Shown here: positions 19,625 to 29,191 of the stretch, piece by piece | Layout of the letters: each line of letters starts with the position of its first letter | Position numbering within the stretch: the first letter of the stretch is position 1 | From: Candidatus Zhuqueibacterota bacterium | Lineage (GTDB): Bacteria > Zhuqueibacterota > Zhuqueibacteria > Thermofontimicrobiales > Thermofontimicrobiaceae | Assembly (NCBI GenBank): GCA_049322915.1 | Contig: JBMOPW010000013.1 | Location: forward strand, 1 to 64,000 | Reading direction: 5' to 3' | DNA: 64,000 bases | The notes under the pieces: generated by a model | The model's input: only the letters and a program-made list of their open reading frames with translations | The model's database searches: none | Told to the model about the DNA's origin: nothing | Made by a program: the position numbers and the translations under genes

Positions 19625-20369
19625 GGTGCGCCTCCGCGTACGAATCGATATAGCTCATGAAGATATCGGCCAGGTTCGTTTTCCCGGATGCTTCAGCATA
19701 GCCCGGCAGCGTGTTGATGGACAGCATTTCGCCGCGATGCATGAACCCGATGCGATGACAGAGCCGCTCGGCCTCTTCCATGTAATGCGTTGAAAACAGG
19801 ACTGTTTTTCCCACCTGCGACGCAGTGCGGATGAATTCGAGGATGCTGCGACTGGTGAGAATGTCCAGCCCCAGCGTCGGTTCATCCAGAATGAAGATGG
19901 CCGGATCGTGCAAAATGCTCCGGGCAATGGACGTCTTTTGTGTCTGGCCAGTGCTCAGCTTTTCAATTCGCTGATCGACAAAATTGTGCATATTCAACAG
20001 GGAGAATATTTCTTCGGTTCGGGTTTCGATCGTTTCGGAATTCATTTCATAGAGAGACCCGAAGTAATGGAGCAGTTCCCGCGGCGAAAGTTTACCGTAG
20101 AGCCGGGTATTGCCGGATAAGAACCCAATCGACTTCTTCACATCCTCCGGCTGAGTCGCCACATCGTAGCCATTCAACTCGGCTGAACCATGACTGGGCG
20201 TGAGAATCGTCGCCAGCATCCTCAGGAAGGTGGATTTGCCAGCCCCGTTTGGCCCTAACAATCCGAACACCTCGCCCTTTCTGATGTGCAGCGAGGTCGA
20301 CTTCACCGCCTGTATTTCACCGAGCGTGCCGTCGTAAAAGGATTTGCTGATGTTGACTGTCTGAATCAT
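19614..20369 (-). CDS. ABC transporter ATP-binding protein (NatA-like)
   Basis: Walker A GPNGAGKS, signature LSTGQ, Walker B ILDEPT, STH switch. Confidence 0.92.
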   Translation of the reverse strand: MIQTVNISKSFYDGTLGEIQAVKSTSLHIRKGEVFGLLGPNGAGKSTFLRMLATILTPSHGSAELNGYDVATQPEDVKKSIGFLSGNTRLYGKLSPRELLHYFGSLYEMNSETIETRTEEIFSLLNMHNFVDQRIEKLSTGQTQKTSIARSILHDPAIFILDEPTLGLDILTSRSILEFIRTASQVGKTVLFSTHYMEEAERLCHRIGFMHRGEMLSINTLPGYAEASGKTNLADIFMSYIDSYAEAHREI

Positions 20370-20700
20370 GCGACCCCATTATTGGAAATGGCCGCGCATC
20401 GCCGGCCGAGTTTTCTATCGATTGAATGATACATGTTCTTCCACCGGGTCTCATCAATAAACATACCATGATTTTGCATTTCTCTAACATGCTATTTTCA
20501 CGACCATTACTCCGTTTCAATCCGATGACCGAAAAGCTCAATATGATAATTCAGGGTACGCGCACCGGCCGCGAATCTCATTTTGAGAATTTCGCTTTGA
20601 TGGTATGCCGACGCTGGAATCCTTTGCCGCTCTGTTCCTCGAATCTCCCTCCGACTCCGAGTCACTGGTTGACATCACATATCCCGCGTTCCCAATGACT

Positions 20701-20748
20701 ACACAACTAATAGTAGACTTTTATTTTTCCATCCACAAAATATAGTAT
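20701..20748 (+). promoter_or_regulatory. tandem NrdR boxes
   Basis: ACACAACTAATAGTAG (20701) and CCACAAAATATAGTAT (20733), 32 bp apart, upstream of the RNR promoter. Confidence 0.7.
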
Positions 20749-20755
20749 TTTTAGC

Positions 20756-20784
20756 TTGACTTTTTGAAGAAAATATTGTATCAT
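20756..20784 (+). promoter_or_regulatory. sigma70 promoter of nrdJ
   Basis: TTGACT-N17-TATCAT. Confidence 0.65.
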
Positions 20785-21058
20785 AGGACGCGTTTTTTTC
20801 AAGCCAAATCTTCAGGGCTGGACGCTTCAATTTGATAAACCAATCACAACGCTTTCCTGCAGCGACCCAATGACCTCTGTCTTGCCCGGTATCCTGATGA
20901 TCGTGAATGCCGGATTCGAATCCAAAGCTCCAATCGGCCGAATGCCCGGCATTGGGCGCGCATCGCCCATTTCAAAGGGAGACTCATCCGCAGGGACTGC
21001 TGCGAGACGCCGTTAAGACATAACAACGACACATCTATTTTTCATCGGGAGGTTTACC

Positions 21059-23836
21059 ATGTCGGACGAAAAATCCAACACCACACATTCGAAACACGAG
21101 ATAACAGCCGCGCCATCCACAGGCTCGCTCTCCGATCTTTCCGACACTGATAATGACGGGAAAATAAAGGGGCTCACCATTGAACCCTATTTTACGCCGG
21201 ACAACCGGCATCCATTTAATACGCTGAACTGGGAAAGGCGCACCGCTTCCATCAAAAACGACAAGGGCGAGATTGTTTTTGAACAGAAAGAAGCTGAATT
21301 TCCGGATTCGTGGACGCAGACCGCGGTGAATGTGGTCGCGTCCAAATATTTTCATGGGAAGCAGGGCACTCCGCGCCGGGAGACCAGCGTCAAACAATTG
21401 GTCGAGCGCGTCGCCCGCGCGATACGGAATTGGGGGCTGAACGACGGTTACTTCGCCACTGAAGAGACTGCCGATATTTTTTATCGCGAACTGACGCATC
21501 TGCTCGTCTTCCAGAAAGCGGCGTTCAACAGCCCGGTCTGGTTCAATTGCGGCATCGAGGCAAAGCCACAGGTCTCAGCATGTTTCATCAATTCAGTGAC
21601 TGATGATATGGAATCGATTTTAGGCCTGGCCCGAACCGAGGGGATGCTGTTCAAATGGGGCTCCGGCACCGGGACAAATTTATCGCCGCTGCGGTCGTCG
21701 CGGGAAAAGCTGTCCACCGGCGGCGAGTCGTCCGGACCGATCTCGTTCATGCGCGGATTCGACAGTTTTGCCGGAGCGATCAAATCCGGCGGCAAAACAC
21801 GGCGCGCCGCCAAAATGGTCATTCTCAATGCGGATCATCCGGATATTATGGAATTCATCAATTCCAAAGCGGATGAAGAAAAAAAGGCCTGGGCCCTCAT
21901 CGACGCAGGCTACGACGGATCATTCAACGGCATTGCCTACAGTTCAGTGGCCTTTCAGAACGCCAACCACAGCGTGCGCGTCACCGATGATTTCATGAAA
22001 GCGGCGCTCGATAATGGTCTCTGGAACACGACAGCCGTCACCACAGGTGAAGTGGTGCATACCCACTCCGCCAATGAGATGATGAATCAGATTGCCGCAG
22101 CGACTCATTTGTGCGGCGATCCCGGTCTGCAATTCGACACCACCATCAATGATTGGCACACCTGTCCGAGCAGCGACCGCATCAACGCCTCCAATCCATG
22201 CAGCGAATATATGTTCATCGACGACACGGCCTGCAACCTGTCCTCGCTGAACCTGATGAAATTCCGCGATGCCGACGGCCATTTCGATGTGCCGGCATTT
22301 TTCCATGCTGTGAGACTGTTGATCATTGCCCAGGATATTTTTGTGCACAACGCCTCCTATCCCACGCCGGCCATCGATAAAAACAGCCATCTGTTCCGCA
22401 CGCTGGGATTGGGCTACGCCAACCTGGGCGCGCTGCTGATGGCCAACGGCCTGCCCTATGACAGCGACGCCGGTCGCGCCTACGCCGCGGTTATCACGGC
22501 ATTGATGACGGGCCAGGCGTATAAAACGTCGGCTGAAATTGCCGGCATTGTCGGGCCATTTCCCATGTTCAGGAAAAATCGGGCGCCCATGATTCGCATC
22601 ATCAAAAAGCATCGTTCGCGCCTTGAAAAAATTGAAGCGAACGCATTCACCGAGCGACTCAATCCCCTGGCGGAGAAAGTCTGGGACGAGGCGCTTTTGT
22701 GGGGCGGACAGAACGGTTTCCGAAACGCACAGGTGACGGTGCTCGCCCCAACGGGCACCATCGGTTTCATGATGGATTGCGACACAACCGGAATTGAGCC
22801 GGACATTGCTCTGCTCAAGTACAAGAGTCTGGTCGGCGGCGGAACCATGAAGCTGGTCAACTCCACCATTCCGGCGGCGCTGGAAAATCTTGGCTACTCC
22901 GCGACGCAGCGCGCGAGTATCATCGAATACCTGAATGAAAATGACACCATCGAAGGCGCGCCGGAGTTGCGCGATGTCCATCTGCCTGTTTTCGATTGCG
23001 CGTTCAGACCGCATCGTGGGAAACGGTCTATTTCGTATATGGGCCACATCAAAATGATGGCCGCAGTGCAGCCGTTCATTTCCGGCGCCATTTCCAAAAC
23101 AGTGAACATGCCCACGGAATCGAAGGTCGAAGAGATCAAGGCCGCTTACATTCAGGCATGGAAATTGGGACTGAAGGCGATTGCCATTTACCGGGACGGA
23201 TCAAAACGCACGCAGCCGCTATCCACGTCCAGAGCGCAGGCGCCGGAGGCGGAAAAGGTCATGGCAGCCAAGCCGTACCGTCGCCGATTGCCGGACGAGC
23301 GCCCGTCCATCACCCACAAATTCAGCATCGCCGGGCACGAGGGCTATTTCACGGTTGGCATGTTCGAAGACGGCTCCCCGGGCGAAATTTTCATTATCAT
23401 GGCAAAAGAAGGCTCCATTGTCTCCGGCCTGATGGACGGATTTGCCACCGCCATTTCCATGACGATGCAATACGGCGTGCCACTGAAAGTGCTGGTCAAT
23501 AAATTCAGCCACACGCGATTCGAGCCGGCCGGTTTCACCTCCAATCCGGCAATACCCATCGCCAAATCCATTACCGACTACATCTTCCGATGGCTGGCAC
23601 TCAAATTTTTGCCGGAAGAAGATCACCCGGTCAATGGATCCGAAGAGAGCGAATCAACTCCGCCACAGCAGCCTTCGACAACAACCAATTCGAATGAAAC
23701 GAACGAGGCGTACGAGAAGCACATTTTCCAGACGCAATCCGATGCGCCGCCGTGCTTTGAATGCGGCGCGATTATGGTGCGAAGCGGCTCGTGCTACAAA
23801 TGCCTCTCCTGTGGTTCGACCAGCGGTTGCTCGTGA
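21059..23836 (+). CDS. nrdJ: class II adenosylcobalamin-dependent ribonucleotide reductase with C-terminal TSCPD and Zn-ribbon
   Basis: SACFI, GGKTRRAAKM, NASNPCSEY, APTGTI, GAISKTVN; C-terminal CxxC..CxxC; GGAGG RBS. Confidence 0.95.
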   Translation: MSDEKSNTTHSKHEITAAPSTGSLSDLSDTDNDGKIKGLTIEPYFTPDNRHPFNTLNWERRTASIKNDKGEIVFEQKEAEFPDSWTQTAVNVVASKYFHGKQGTPRRETSVKQLVERVARAIRNWGLNDGYFATEETADIFYRELTHLLVFQKAAFNSPVWFNCGIEAKPQVSACFINSVTDDMESILGLARTEGMLFKWGSGTGTNLSPLRSSREKLSTGGESSGPISFMRGFDSFAGAIKSGGKTRRAAKMVILNADHPDIMEFINSKADEEKKAWALIDAGYDGSFNGIAYSSVAFQNANHSVRVTDDFMKAALDNGLWNTTAVTTGEVVHTHSANEMMNQIAAATHLCGDPGLQFDTTINDWHTCPSSDRINASNPCSEYMFIDDTACNLSSLNLMKFRDADGHFDVPAFFHAVRLLIIAQDIFVHNASYPTPAIDKNSHLFRTLGLGYANLGALLMANGLPYDSDAGRAYAAVITALMTGQAYKTSAEIAGIVGPFPMFRKNRAPMIRIIKKHRSRLEKIEANAFTERLNPLAEKVWDEALLWGGQNGFRNAQVTVLAPTGTIGFMMDCDTTGIEPDIALLKYKSLVGGGTMKLVNSTIPAALENLGYSATQRASIIEYLNENDTIEGAPELRDVHLPVFDCAFRPHRGKRSISYMGHIKMMAAVQPFISGAISKTVNMPTESKVEEIKAAYIQAWKLGLKAIAIYRDGSKRTQPLSTSRAQAPEAEKVMAAKPYRRRLPDERPSITHKFSIAGHEGYFTVGMFEDGSPGEIFIIMAKEGSIVSGLMDGFATAISMTMQYGVPLKVLVNKFSHTRFEPAGFTSNPAIPIAKSITDYIFRWLALKFLPEEDHPVNGSEESESTPPQQPSTTTNSNETNEAYEKHIFQTQSDAPPCFECGAIMVRSGSCYKCLSCGSTSGCS

Positions 23837-23947
23837 CAATGGCCGACGACGGAATACTGTCCGGTTCACCCGGCGCATGGGAATGATTCGTCGCTTCGAA
23901 TTCACCGATAATTTTCTTGCCCGGAAGCAAATTTTTTATTACCTTTC

Positions 23948-23983
23948 ACCCCGGCTGGCCCCGACCGCCGGGGTTGTTTTTTT
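23948..23983 (+). terminator. putative intrinsic terminator after nrdJ
   Basis: ACCCCGGC / GCCGGGGT stem followed by a T tract. Confidence 0.5.
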
Positions 23984-24092
23984 CAGGCTGGAACAGACCA
24001 GGGGCCTCACGCCTTTCGTTCGGCGCAAGCGGCCAGCCTGACACGTGGATGATCCAGTAAATTTGAACATCATTTTTTCAAGGAGGAAGCTC

Positions 24093-25511
24093 ATGCGAAA
24101 CCTGTTGCTGATGTTGATCCTGACATGCGTCGCAATCCCGAGAGGCGTAAGCCAGACCCATGGTCCTTTGTCAACAAGCGTTTATCAAACCGAAGACGAT
24201 GCGCGCAAGGGCAAATTTTATAATGCAAAAATTCCGACAGCCCCGGGCTGGACGAAAAATGCGGTCATCTATGAAATGAATACGAGACAGTTCTCCAACG
24301 AGGGCACGTTCGCAGCCATTGAGCCCCGGGTTCAGGAACTGAAGGATTTGGGCGTCACCATCATGTGGTTCATGCCCATTCACCCCATCGGGGAGAAGAA
24401 TCGCAAAGGCGCGCTGGGCAGCTATTATTCGGTCAAAGATTATTACGGGATCAACCCGGAATTCGGCGCGCTGGAGGATTTCCAAAGGCTGGTTGACCTG
24501 TTTCACCACGCCGGCATTCACGTCATCATCGATCTGGTTGCCAATCACACAGCGTGGGACAACCCGCTGATCCTCGATCACCCGGAATGGTACAGGCGCG
24601 ATGCCACCGGCAGAATCGTCGCTCCGGTGGCGGATTGGTCCGATGTGGCCGATCTCAATTATGACAAACCCGAGCTGTGGGATTACATGATTCGCATGAT
24701 GGAATACTGGGTGCGCGACATTGGCATCGATGGGTTCCGCTGCGATGTGGCGGAAATGGTGCCCATGGAATTCTGGGTCAAAGCGAGGACGGCGCTGGAT
24801 GCCATCAAACCGGTGTTCATGCTGGCCGAAGGCGAATCGCCGGAGTTGCACGCCTCGGGATTCGACATGACCTACTCTTTCGCCATGCACAAGGTGTTCA
24901 ACGACATCCCGTCCGGTAAAAAATCCATCAGGGCCATTGATGAACTGTTCCGACTCGAGGCGAAAAATTACCCGAAGGGCAGTATGCGCATGCGGTTCAC
25001 CTCCAGCCATGATGAGAATTCCTGGAACAGATCCGAGATCGTCCGCATGGGTCGCGACGGGGCAAAAGTCGGCGCTGTGCTGAGCTTCACCCTGCCGGGC
25101 CATCCGCTCATCTACGCCGGCCAGGAGGTTGGCAACGAGCGCTCCCTGGCGTTCTTCGAACGGGATCCAATTGAATGGAAGGAAAACGAATTTCGCCCCC
25201 TTTACCAGACATTGAGCCGCCTGTATAAAAATTCGCCGGCGCTGTACCAGGGCGGGATGAAGAAAATCGCCAGCGACAACGATGATCGCATCTATGCCTT
25301 TTTGCGGTACGAAGAATCCGACAGCGTCCTCGTCGTAGTCAACTTTTCAGCAGGGGCGTTCGATGGGCGCCTACATGTTACTGGGATCGACGGCGAATTC
25401 AATGACATTTTCAGCGGGGAAAGTATTCACCTGACAGGCGGGAAAATAAGCGTGAAAATGGCTCCGTGGGAATATCATGTTTACACGCGAGCGGCACATT
25501 TGAAAAAATAA
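24093..25511 (+). CDS. secreted GH13 alpha-amylase family glycosidase
   Basis: DLVANH, DGFRCDVA, LAE and SSHDE conserved regions; signal peptide; AGGAGG RBS. Confidence 0.9.
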   Translation: MRNLLLMLILTCVAIPRGVSQTHGPLSTSVYQTEDDARKGKFYNAKIPTAPGWTKNAVIYEMNTRQFSNEGTFAAIEPRVQELKDLGVTIMWFMPIHPIGEKNRKGALGSYYSVKDYYGINPEFGALEDFQRLVDLFHHAGIHVIIDLVANHTAWDNPLILDHPEWYRRDATGRIVAPVADWSDVADLNYDKPELWDYMIRMMEYWVRDIGIDGFRCDVAEMVPMEFWVKARTALDAIKPVFMLAEGESPELHASGFDMTYSFAMHKVFNDIPSGKKSIRAIDELFRLEAKNYPKGSMRMRFTSSHDENSWNRSEIVRMGRDGAKVGAVLSFTLPGHPLIYAGQEVGNERSLAFFERDPIEWKENEFRPLYQTLSRLYKNSPALYQGGMKKIASDNDDRIYAFLRYEESDSVLVVVNFSAGAFDGRLHVTGIDGEFNDIFSGESIHLTGGKISVKMAPWEYHVYTRAAHLKK

Positions 25512-25607
25512 TCGCCGTGAGCCAATTCAGCCATTTTGATGAAAAGGATTTCTGAGTATTTCAAACCTTTATCCGCGCCCAGGTCCAACAGCAATGCGGT
25601 TTTGAGC

Positions 25608-25640
25608 AAAATAGCCCCGAACGTTCGGGGTTATTTTTTT
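25608..25640. terminator. bidirectional intrinsic terminator
   Basis: AATAGCCCCGAA / TTCGGGGTTATT with A and T tracts, between convergent genes. Confidence 0.75.
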
Positions 25641-25665
25641 AGTATACCGTGACGAAATTTTCAGG

Positions 25666-26904
25666 CTACGAGCGAGTGATCTTCATGGGTTGCAGCTTCC
25701 AATACGTCAGAGAGCGCCACAGCCATTCCGCCGGTCCGAATTTGAAATAACGGAGCCAGATGGGAGAAATGACCAATTGAATCGCCCACACGCACAAAAT
25801 GATGACCAACTGCCAGACGCGCTCGGTCCGACCAAACAGGCCCAGACCGTGTCCGTAAAATACGGTGGTGCACAGAATTGTTTGCAGCAGATAATTGCTC
25901 AACGCCATGCGTCCGACTGCCGCGAATGTGTTCTTTATTTTGGCGCCAACAGCGGACTGGCAAAAAAGCATGATCAGGGCGATATATCCAATCGCGATAA
26001 AAACGCTGCCCCAGTAGTTGAATTGCCAGCCTAAAAACATGGAATAGTCCATGGTCCAGCCTTCGGCAAAATTGCGGATGACGCCGAAGATGACAGTTGG
26101 CAGACCCAGTGCCAGTCCCAGCGCTGCCATGACAGTATAGAATTTCTTCGAGCGCTGAGCGGTGAGCACGCCCCATTTGTAAAAGGCCAAGCCGATCAGC
26201 ATGAGTCCGCCAGCGCGCCAGCCGGTGTACATGAGGAAAATCATCGTCTGAAATTTCAGCGATGACGGCACTCGATGTTCCATCTGACTCAGCCAGCCGC
26301 CCTGATACGCCGCCAGTTCTTTGTCGATCATCTCCTGTGGCGGCATCCAGGACAGCATGGTACCGTCGTACGCTTCTTTCGGCCAGTACGGCATTGACAG
26401 GCCGCCGAACAGATAGAAAAGGGAAGAGAAACTCAGGACCAGAATGCCTAAAATCAGCAGGGTTTTCGGCGACTTTTTCCGGAATAAAAACAACAGCACC
26501 GCGCACAGGGCATACGTCACCAGGATATCGCCGTGCCAGAGAAGATAAGCATGCGCCAGGCCAATGATGAGCAGCCACAAGGTCCGCCGATAATGCAACG
26601 CCGCGCCGCTTCTGCCTTTTGTCTCTGCCTTATCCGTGAACAGGAGAACGCCGGCGCCGAACAGAATCGAAAAGATGGAGAGAAATTTCTGGTCGCCGAA
26701 GACATGGCTGAATATCCAGACCCATTTATTGGCTCCGGTCAAATCGCCATAGGCCGTCGGATTGATGTAAGCGGCTTCTATCATGGCGAAGTTCTGAATG
26801 TTCATCAGCAGAATTCCTAACACGGCAAACCCGCGCAGCACATCCAGAGACAGAATTCGCTCTGACAGCGATACCGGGCGAATTGTCGAATTGAGTTCTT
26901 GCAT
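25666..26904 (-). CDS. DUF418 (YeiB-like) membrane protein
   Basis: LDVLRGFAVLGILLMNI, GDILVTYA, GRMALSNYLLQT and GPAEWLWRSLTY. Confidence 0.92.
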   Translation of the reverse strand: MQELNSTIRPVSLSERILSLDVLRGFAVLGILLMNIQNFAMIEAAYINPTAYGDLTGANKWVWIFSHVFGDQKFLSIFSILFGAGVLLFTDKAETKGRSGAALHYRRTLWLLIIGLAHAYLLWHGDILVTYALCAVLLFLFRKKSPKTLLILGILVLSFSSLFYLFGGLSMPYWPKEAYDGTMLSWMPPQEMIDKELAAYQGGWLSQMEHRVPSSLKFQTMIFLMYTGWRAGGLMLIGLAFYKWGVLTAQRSKKFYTVMAALGLALGLPTVIFGVIRNFAEGWTMDYSMFLGWQFNYWGSVFIAIGYIALIMLFCQSAVGAKIKNTFAAVGRMALSNYLLQTILCTTVFYGHGLGLFGRTERVWQLVIILCVWAIQLVISPIWLRYFKFGPAEWLWRSLTYWKLQPMKITRS

Positions 26905-27048
26905 CTTTTTCTCCCTGAATTAAAATTCACTTCTTTGCTTTTTGGGCGGATCGTTGACCAGTTTAACCCGCATGTAATTTGTAACTCTTCAGCCTCAAAG
27001 GAATATCTAAAATCATCAATGCTGAAAAGCTGAATTTGGTTTTAAAAT

Positions 27049-27160
27049 GTAACTGTTTAGCTATTTGCAGGACACAAATACCGCCAACCGAACGGGCGCC
27101 TATTCGGGGACAGACGTCCCAGCCATTGCCCGCTCTGGATGAAAATCCAGCGCGATCAGG
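27049..27160 (-). repeat. palindromic intergenic repeat family B, inverted copy
   Basis: reverse complement CCTGATCGCGCTGGAT..ATCCAGAGCGGGCAATGGC..TGTCCCCGAATAGGCGC..GTTAC matches 40965-41098. Confidence 0.8.
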
Positions 27161-27282
27161 AGACTCATGTGCATAATTGGTAACTGCTGCAGGAAGCGGA
27201 TGTTCCGGGTGCGGGTGCTAGAGCTGAGGTTGAATAGTTGGATTAGATAGTCTTGCAGCATTGGGTTGTCAGCCAGTCATGT

Positions 27283-27313
27283 AAAAAGCCCTGCGGTGTT
27301 ACGGCAGGGCTTT
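27283..27313 (-). terminator. intrinsic terminator of the glmS operon
   Basis: AAAGCCCTGC / GCAGGGCTTT stem with a U tract on the minus strand. Confidence 0.7.
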
Positions 27314-27337
27314 GAATAAATGAAACTCATCATTGCG

Positions 27338-29191
27338 TCAGCGCGGAATTGGATTCAATTTTCCCTCTTTAAATTGAATCAATCGTATTTCCGAATTGAC
27401 GCGATTGTTGCCTCGGAACGAAATCGGCCCGCGGATGCCGGAGTAATTTTCCAGTTCATCCAGATGCCTGCGGATTTCTTCGCGGGAGGTTTTTTTATTT
27501 TTAATGGCATCGAGAATAACGCCCATGGCATCGATGCCGTAAGCTTCCAGAATGTCCGGCGTCTTTTTCATCACCATTCTGAAATCATTTCGAAATTTGA
27601 TGTAGTCGACTGAAGTCTCGTCTTTGTAGTAACTACTCGAGAAGACCATGCCATCCAGGTATTTCTGATTATTTCTCAATCGGTCGGCATCGTACCAATA
27701 TTCGCCGCCGAATATTTGCGCGCGGATATTGGCATAGGCATACTGCGGCGCGATGTAATCGATTTCATCGGAATAGCAGGGGATGAAAATGCCATCGATG
27801 GAGTAAACCGGGATGCTGTCATCGCGGAATCGGCGTCGCTGCGCATCGTTGAGATCTCTGGTCATGGCGTACACCAGCGAATCTCTGTTCATTATTCTGA
27901 AACCCAACTCACGGATACTTTCGAACTGGCGCTTCAAATCTTCCGTGCCAACATAGTACCATTTCTGAGCAACGATTTGCCCACCCAATTGATCGACCAT
28001 GGCCGTGAACGCATCCGTCATGTCCTTCCCGTAATTGTCCGCCGGAGCCAGGGTAGCGAATGTCTTCAGACCGAGGGACTGCACTGCATAGCGGGCCATG
28101 TCCGTGCCGATGGTTTCCAGATCGCAATTCGGCTGAAACGTGTAGTCATTGATGGAAGCCACGCCGCTGCCTGAGGTTGTCGGCGCAATGATCGGGATGT
28201 TGAAATCCGATGTGATCGCCGAAATGACCACTGTTTTATCGCGTTCCAGTTCGCCGATGATCGCCGATACCCGGCCATCGTTTGCCAATTCCCGGGCGGA
28301 GCTCACCAATTTCACAACATCGCCTTCGGAGTCTTTTATCACCAAATCGACTTTGCTCGAATTAACGCTGTTGAACTTCTTCTGCGCGTATATAATTCCA
28401 TCCAGCACCGATCGCGCCTGCGCTGCGTACTCGCCTGTCAACGGCAGAATCACGCCAATTTTGATATTGCCAACCGGCTGAGCCGCACCGACGCGACTGA
28501 GCACTCCCTGCACGCTGGACAGATACGGATTGTCCGGATGGTGACGAACAAATTCCTGAAGCAGCGCAATGGCCTTCTCCCGCTCGCCACGATCGGAATA
28601 GTGTTGAGATAACTTGATCGTTAGAATTGCGGAAGCGGTTTCACCGGTCGATTTTTCCTGCAACTGCTGAATCTCTTCCGGCTCAATATTGTTGTCGATT
28701 ATTTTCAGCGCCAGATTGCGACTGGTTTCGATGAGCTTCCTTTCACTGGAATTATCTGCAACGAATAAAAACTCGTTCAACGAATTGTTGTACTGACCCA
28801 GATGATAATAGATCTTACCCAGGGCAAAATGGGCATCGTCTACATAATTGCTGGTGGGATAGTTTTTAATGAATTCGGAAAACGCGGTCAGCGATTTTCG
28901 GTAGGAATCCAATTTGTACAAGCATTTGCCAGCCATAAAATGGACAGCGGTGATCCTCTGGTGATTCGGGTATTCGTTCAGCAATTCTTCAAAGGTCCGA
29001 TTGGCGATCTCGTAACGGCCGCTGCGGTATTCATTAATGCCCCGGCTGAAAATGACTTCCACTTCCGGGATGTACTGCACATCATCTGCCTTAATTGTCT
29101 GGGCCAGCGACGGGATTGCGAATAGAACGATGCCAATGAAGAACAGTGTGATCGGTATAGATTTGAACATTTTTTCCATTTTTTTCCTCAT
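27338..29191 (-). CDS. TPR + periplasmic-binding-protein domain protein (LpoA/LppC-like)
   Basis: signal peptide; TPR repeats (YPNH, YPTS); KIGVILPLTG type-1 PBP domain; overlaps the glmS stop. Confidence 0.75.
   Translation of the reverse strand: MRKKMEKMFKSIPITLFFIGIVLFAIPSLAQTIKADDVQYIPEVEVIFSRGINEYRSGRYEIANRTFEELLNEYPNHQRITAVHFMAGKCLYKLDSYRKSLTAFSEFIKNYPTSNYVDDAHFALGKIYYHLGQYNNSLNEFLFVADNSSERKLIETSRNLALKIIDNNIEPEEIQQLQEKSTGETASAILTIKLSQHYSDRGEREKAIALLQEFVRHHPDNPYLSSVQGVLSRVGAAQPVGNIKIGVILPLTGEYAAQARSVLDGIIYAQKKFNSVNSSKVDLVIKDSEGDVVKLVSSARELANDGRVSAIIGELERDKTVVISAITSDFNIPIIAPTTSGSGVASINDYTFQPNCDLETIGTDMARYAVQSLGLKTFATLAPADNYGKDMTDAFTAMVDQLGGQIVAQKWYYVGTEDLKRQFESIRELGFRIMNRDSLVYAMTRDLNDAQRRRFRDDSIPVYSIDGIFIPCYSDEIDYIAPQYAYANIRAQIFGGEYWYDADRLRNNQKYLDGMVFSSSYYKDETSVDYIKFRNDFRMVMKKTPDILEAYGIDAMGVILDAIKNKKTSREEIRRHLDELENYSGIRGPISFRGNNRVNSEIRLIQFKEGKLNPIPR

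Noticed and set aside
20790..21058. cobalamin riboswitch before nrdJ
   Set aside because: No GGGAA..GCCACTG or B12-box pattern could be recognised.
21059..23836. intein or intron in nrdJ
   Set aside because: Catalytic motifs are contiguous, the length is normal, and no intein C1/HN ends were seen.
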